From: Tubiluchus corallicola
Lineage: Eukaryota; Animalia; Priapulida
NCBI GenBank assembly: GCA_030141605.1
Contig: JAQGDQ010000022.1
Location: 124,001 to 188,000, forward strand
Direction: 5' to 3'
DNA length: 64,000 bases
Shown here: positions 63,008 through 64,000 of the stretch, one piece after another
Layout: each line of letters opens with the position of its first letter
How positions within the stretch are numbered: the stretch's first letter is position 1
Notes under the pieces: generated by a model
What the model saw: the letters and a program-made list of their open reading frames with translations, nothing else
Database searches by the model: none
Told to the model about the DNA's origin: nothing
Position numbers and translations under genes: made by a program

Positions 63008-63470
63008 AAAGCATTTTATACATGAACAAAACAACGTTACTGTTAAAAAATTAATAGCAAATACTAACACTTAACAGTTTGGGGATTAAGAAGCTTTTGC
63101 AGCTTATAAAGTTGCACAATCTTTAATAAGTTAATAACATCTATAATAATGCTAATGAAAACAAGATGTGTTCATGTACTTTTTGATATACATTACCATT
63201 TTTCTATTTTTTGGTGCTTCTCTTAGCCAAAAGGAATACTATGACTTCAAGGTTCACAGAATACTTTCAACACGTAAATTGTGAATTGTTAAAATTTTCA
63301 GTATCTAACTGTTTCTACAATACGAGAAACTGTAGTCATATTAATAAAAACATCATTTCAGTAAAACGTCATATTAATCAAACATGACATGTGCACAGAC
63401 ATGAGCCAATACAGAAAACTGACCATCCTTGTATACTTTAACATATGCATAGCTACAACAGTGCTTAATT

Positions 63471-63585
63471 TTACAGTTCATCTTTTACGTCATAACGCTT
63501 TATAACATCTCGCAAGAAAGACTCCCACTTTTCTTTCCACATTTCAAGTGCAGCAGCCTTCTTCACCTCATCGAGAGCACTGTAC
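63471..63585 (-). CDS. Terminal coding exon of an ER-lumen protein ending in KDEL (rest of gene upstream, probably beyond the window)
   Basis: Acceptor TTTTGTTTACAG (AG at 63587-63586), one carry-over base, then YSALDEVKKAAALEMWKEKWESFLRDVIKRYDVKDEL-TAA. Confidence 0.82.
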
Positions 63586-64000
63586 CTGTAAACAAAATTT
63601 ATGTTTGTGTTATTTGTAATCCACTTAGAATTCTAGAAAAGTTCTAATGCGAGTGCTTTCTTATTAGAAACAGGACTAATAAAAAGTCGGTTTTTCTGTT
63701 GACTAATTTTATTGACGATTATTATGAACGTTTAATCGAAACACTGTTGACTTACTCGCAAGCCCCATTAAAATAAACTTCTAACAATAACCAGAGATGC
63801 TAAATCTAATCCAAAACACAGTTAGCATAATGAACATACCAGTAAATAGTAACGGAACTCACTAGTAATAACGTTAGAGTAACCATCAAAATTTGTGAAA
63901 ATTTGTGTAATCTTGCAAGTTAATGTGTAGCAGCTATATGTACTTATCTTAAATTTTGATAAAGCAAGTCAATTACAAACTGACGGCTTTGCTTTTTAGA

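Overview
AT-rich, microsatellite-dense eukaryotic DNA, most likely a protostome invertebrate (inferred from the myosuppressin/myomodulin-type receptor). There is no sign of prokaryotic genes, CRISPR arrays or rRNA. Five long uninterrupted coding sequences are present: a 5'-partial myosuppressin/myomodulin-receptor-like GPCR (+, window start), a tandem pair of FMRFamide-receptor-like class A GPCRs (-, 40.6-47.3 kb) and a tandem pair of DUF229 alkaline-phosphatase-superfamily genes (-, 54.1-62.6 kb). A sixth gene, missing from the ORF track, contributes a short terminal exon ending in the ER-retention signal KDEL (-, 63471-63585). The ~40 kb between the convergent GPCRs looks gene-free. It holds a decayed 5'-truncated LINE, three small TIR elements with readable target-site duplications (TA, TTA and 6-bp GCCTTT), a probable tRNA-derived SINE, diverged local duplications and many simple repeats. 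A long foldback lies at 50.0-50.5 kb and a nested element pair sits between the DUF229 genes. All family assignments are from motif recognition by eye, with no database search. I did not find a clearly new biological system; the best leads are the KDEL exon, its tight junction with DUF229, the DUF229 pair and the 6-bp-TSD element.
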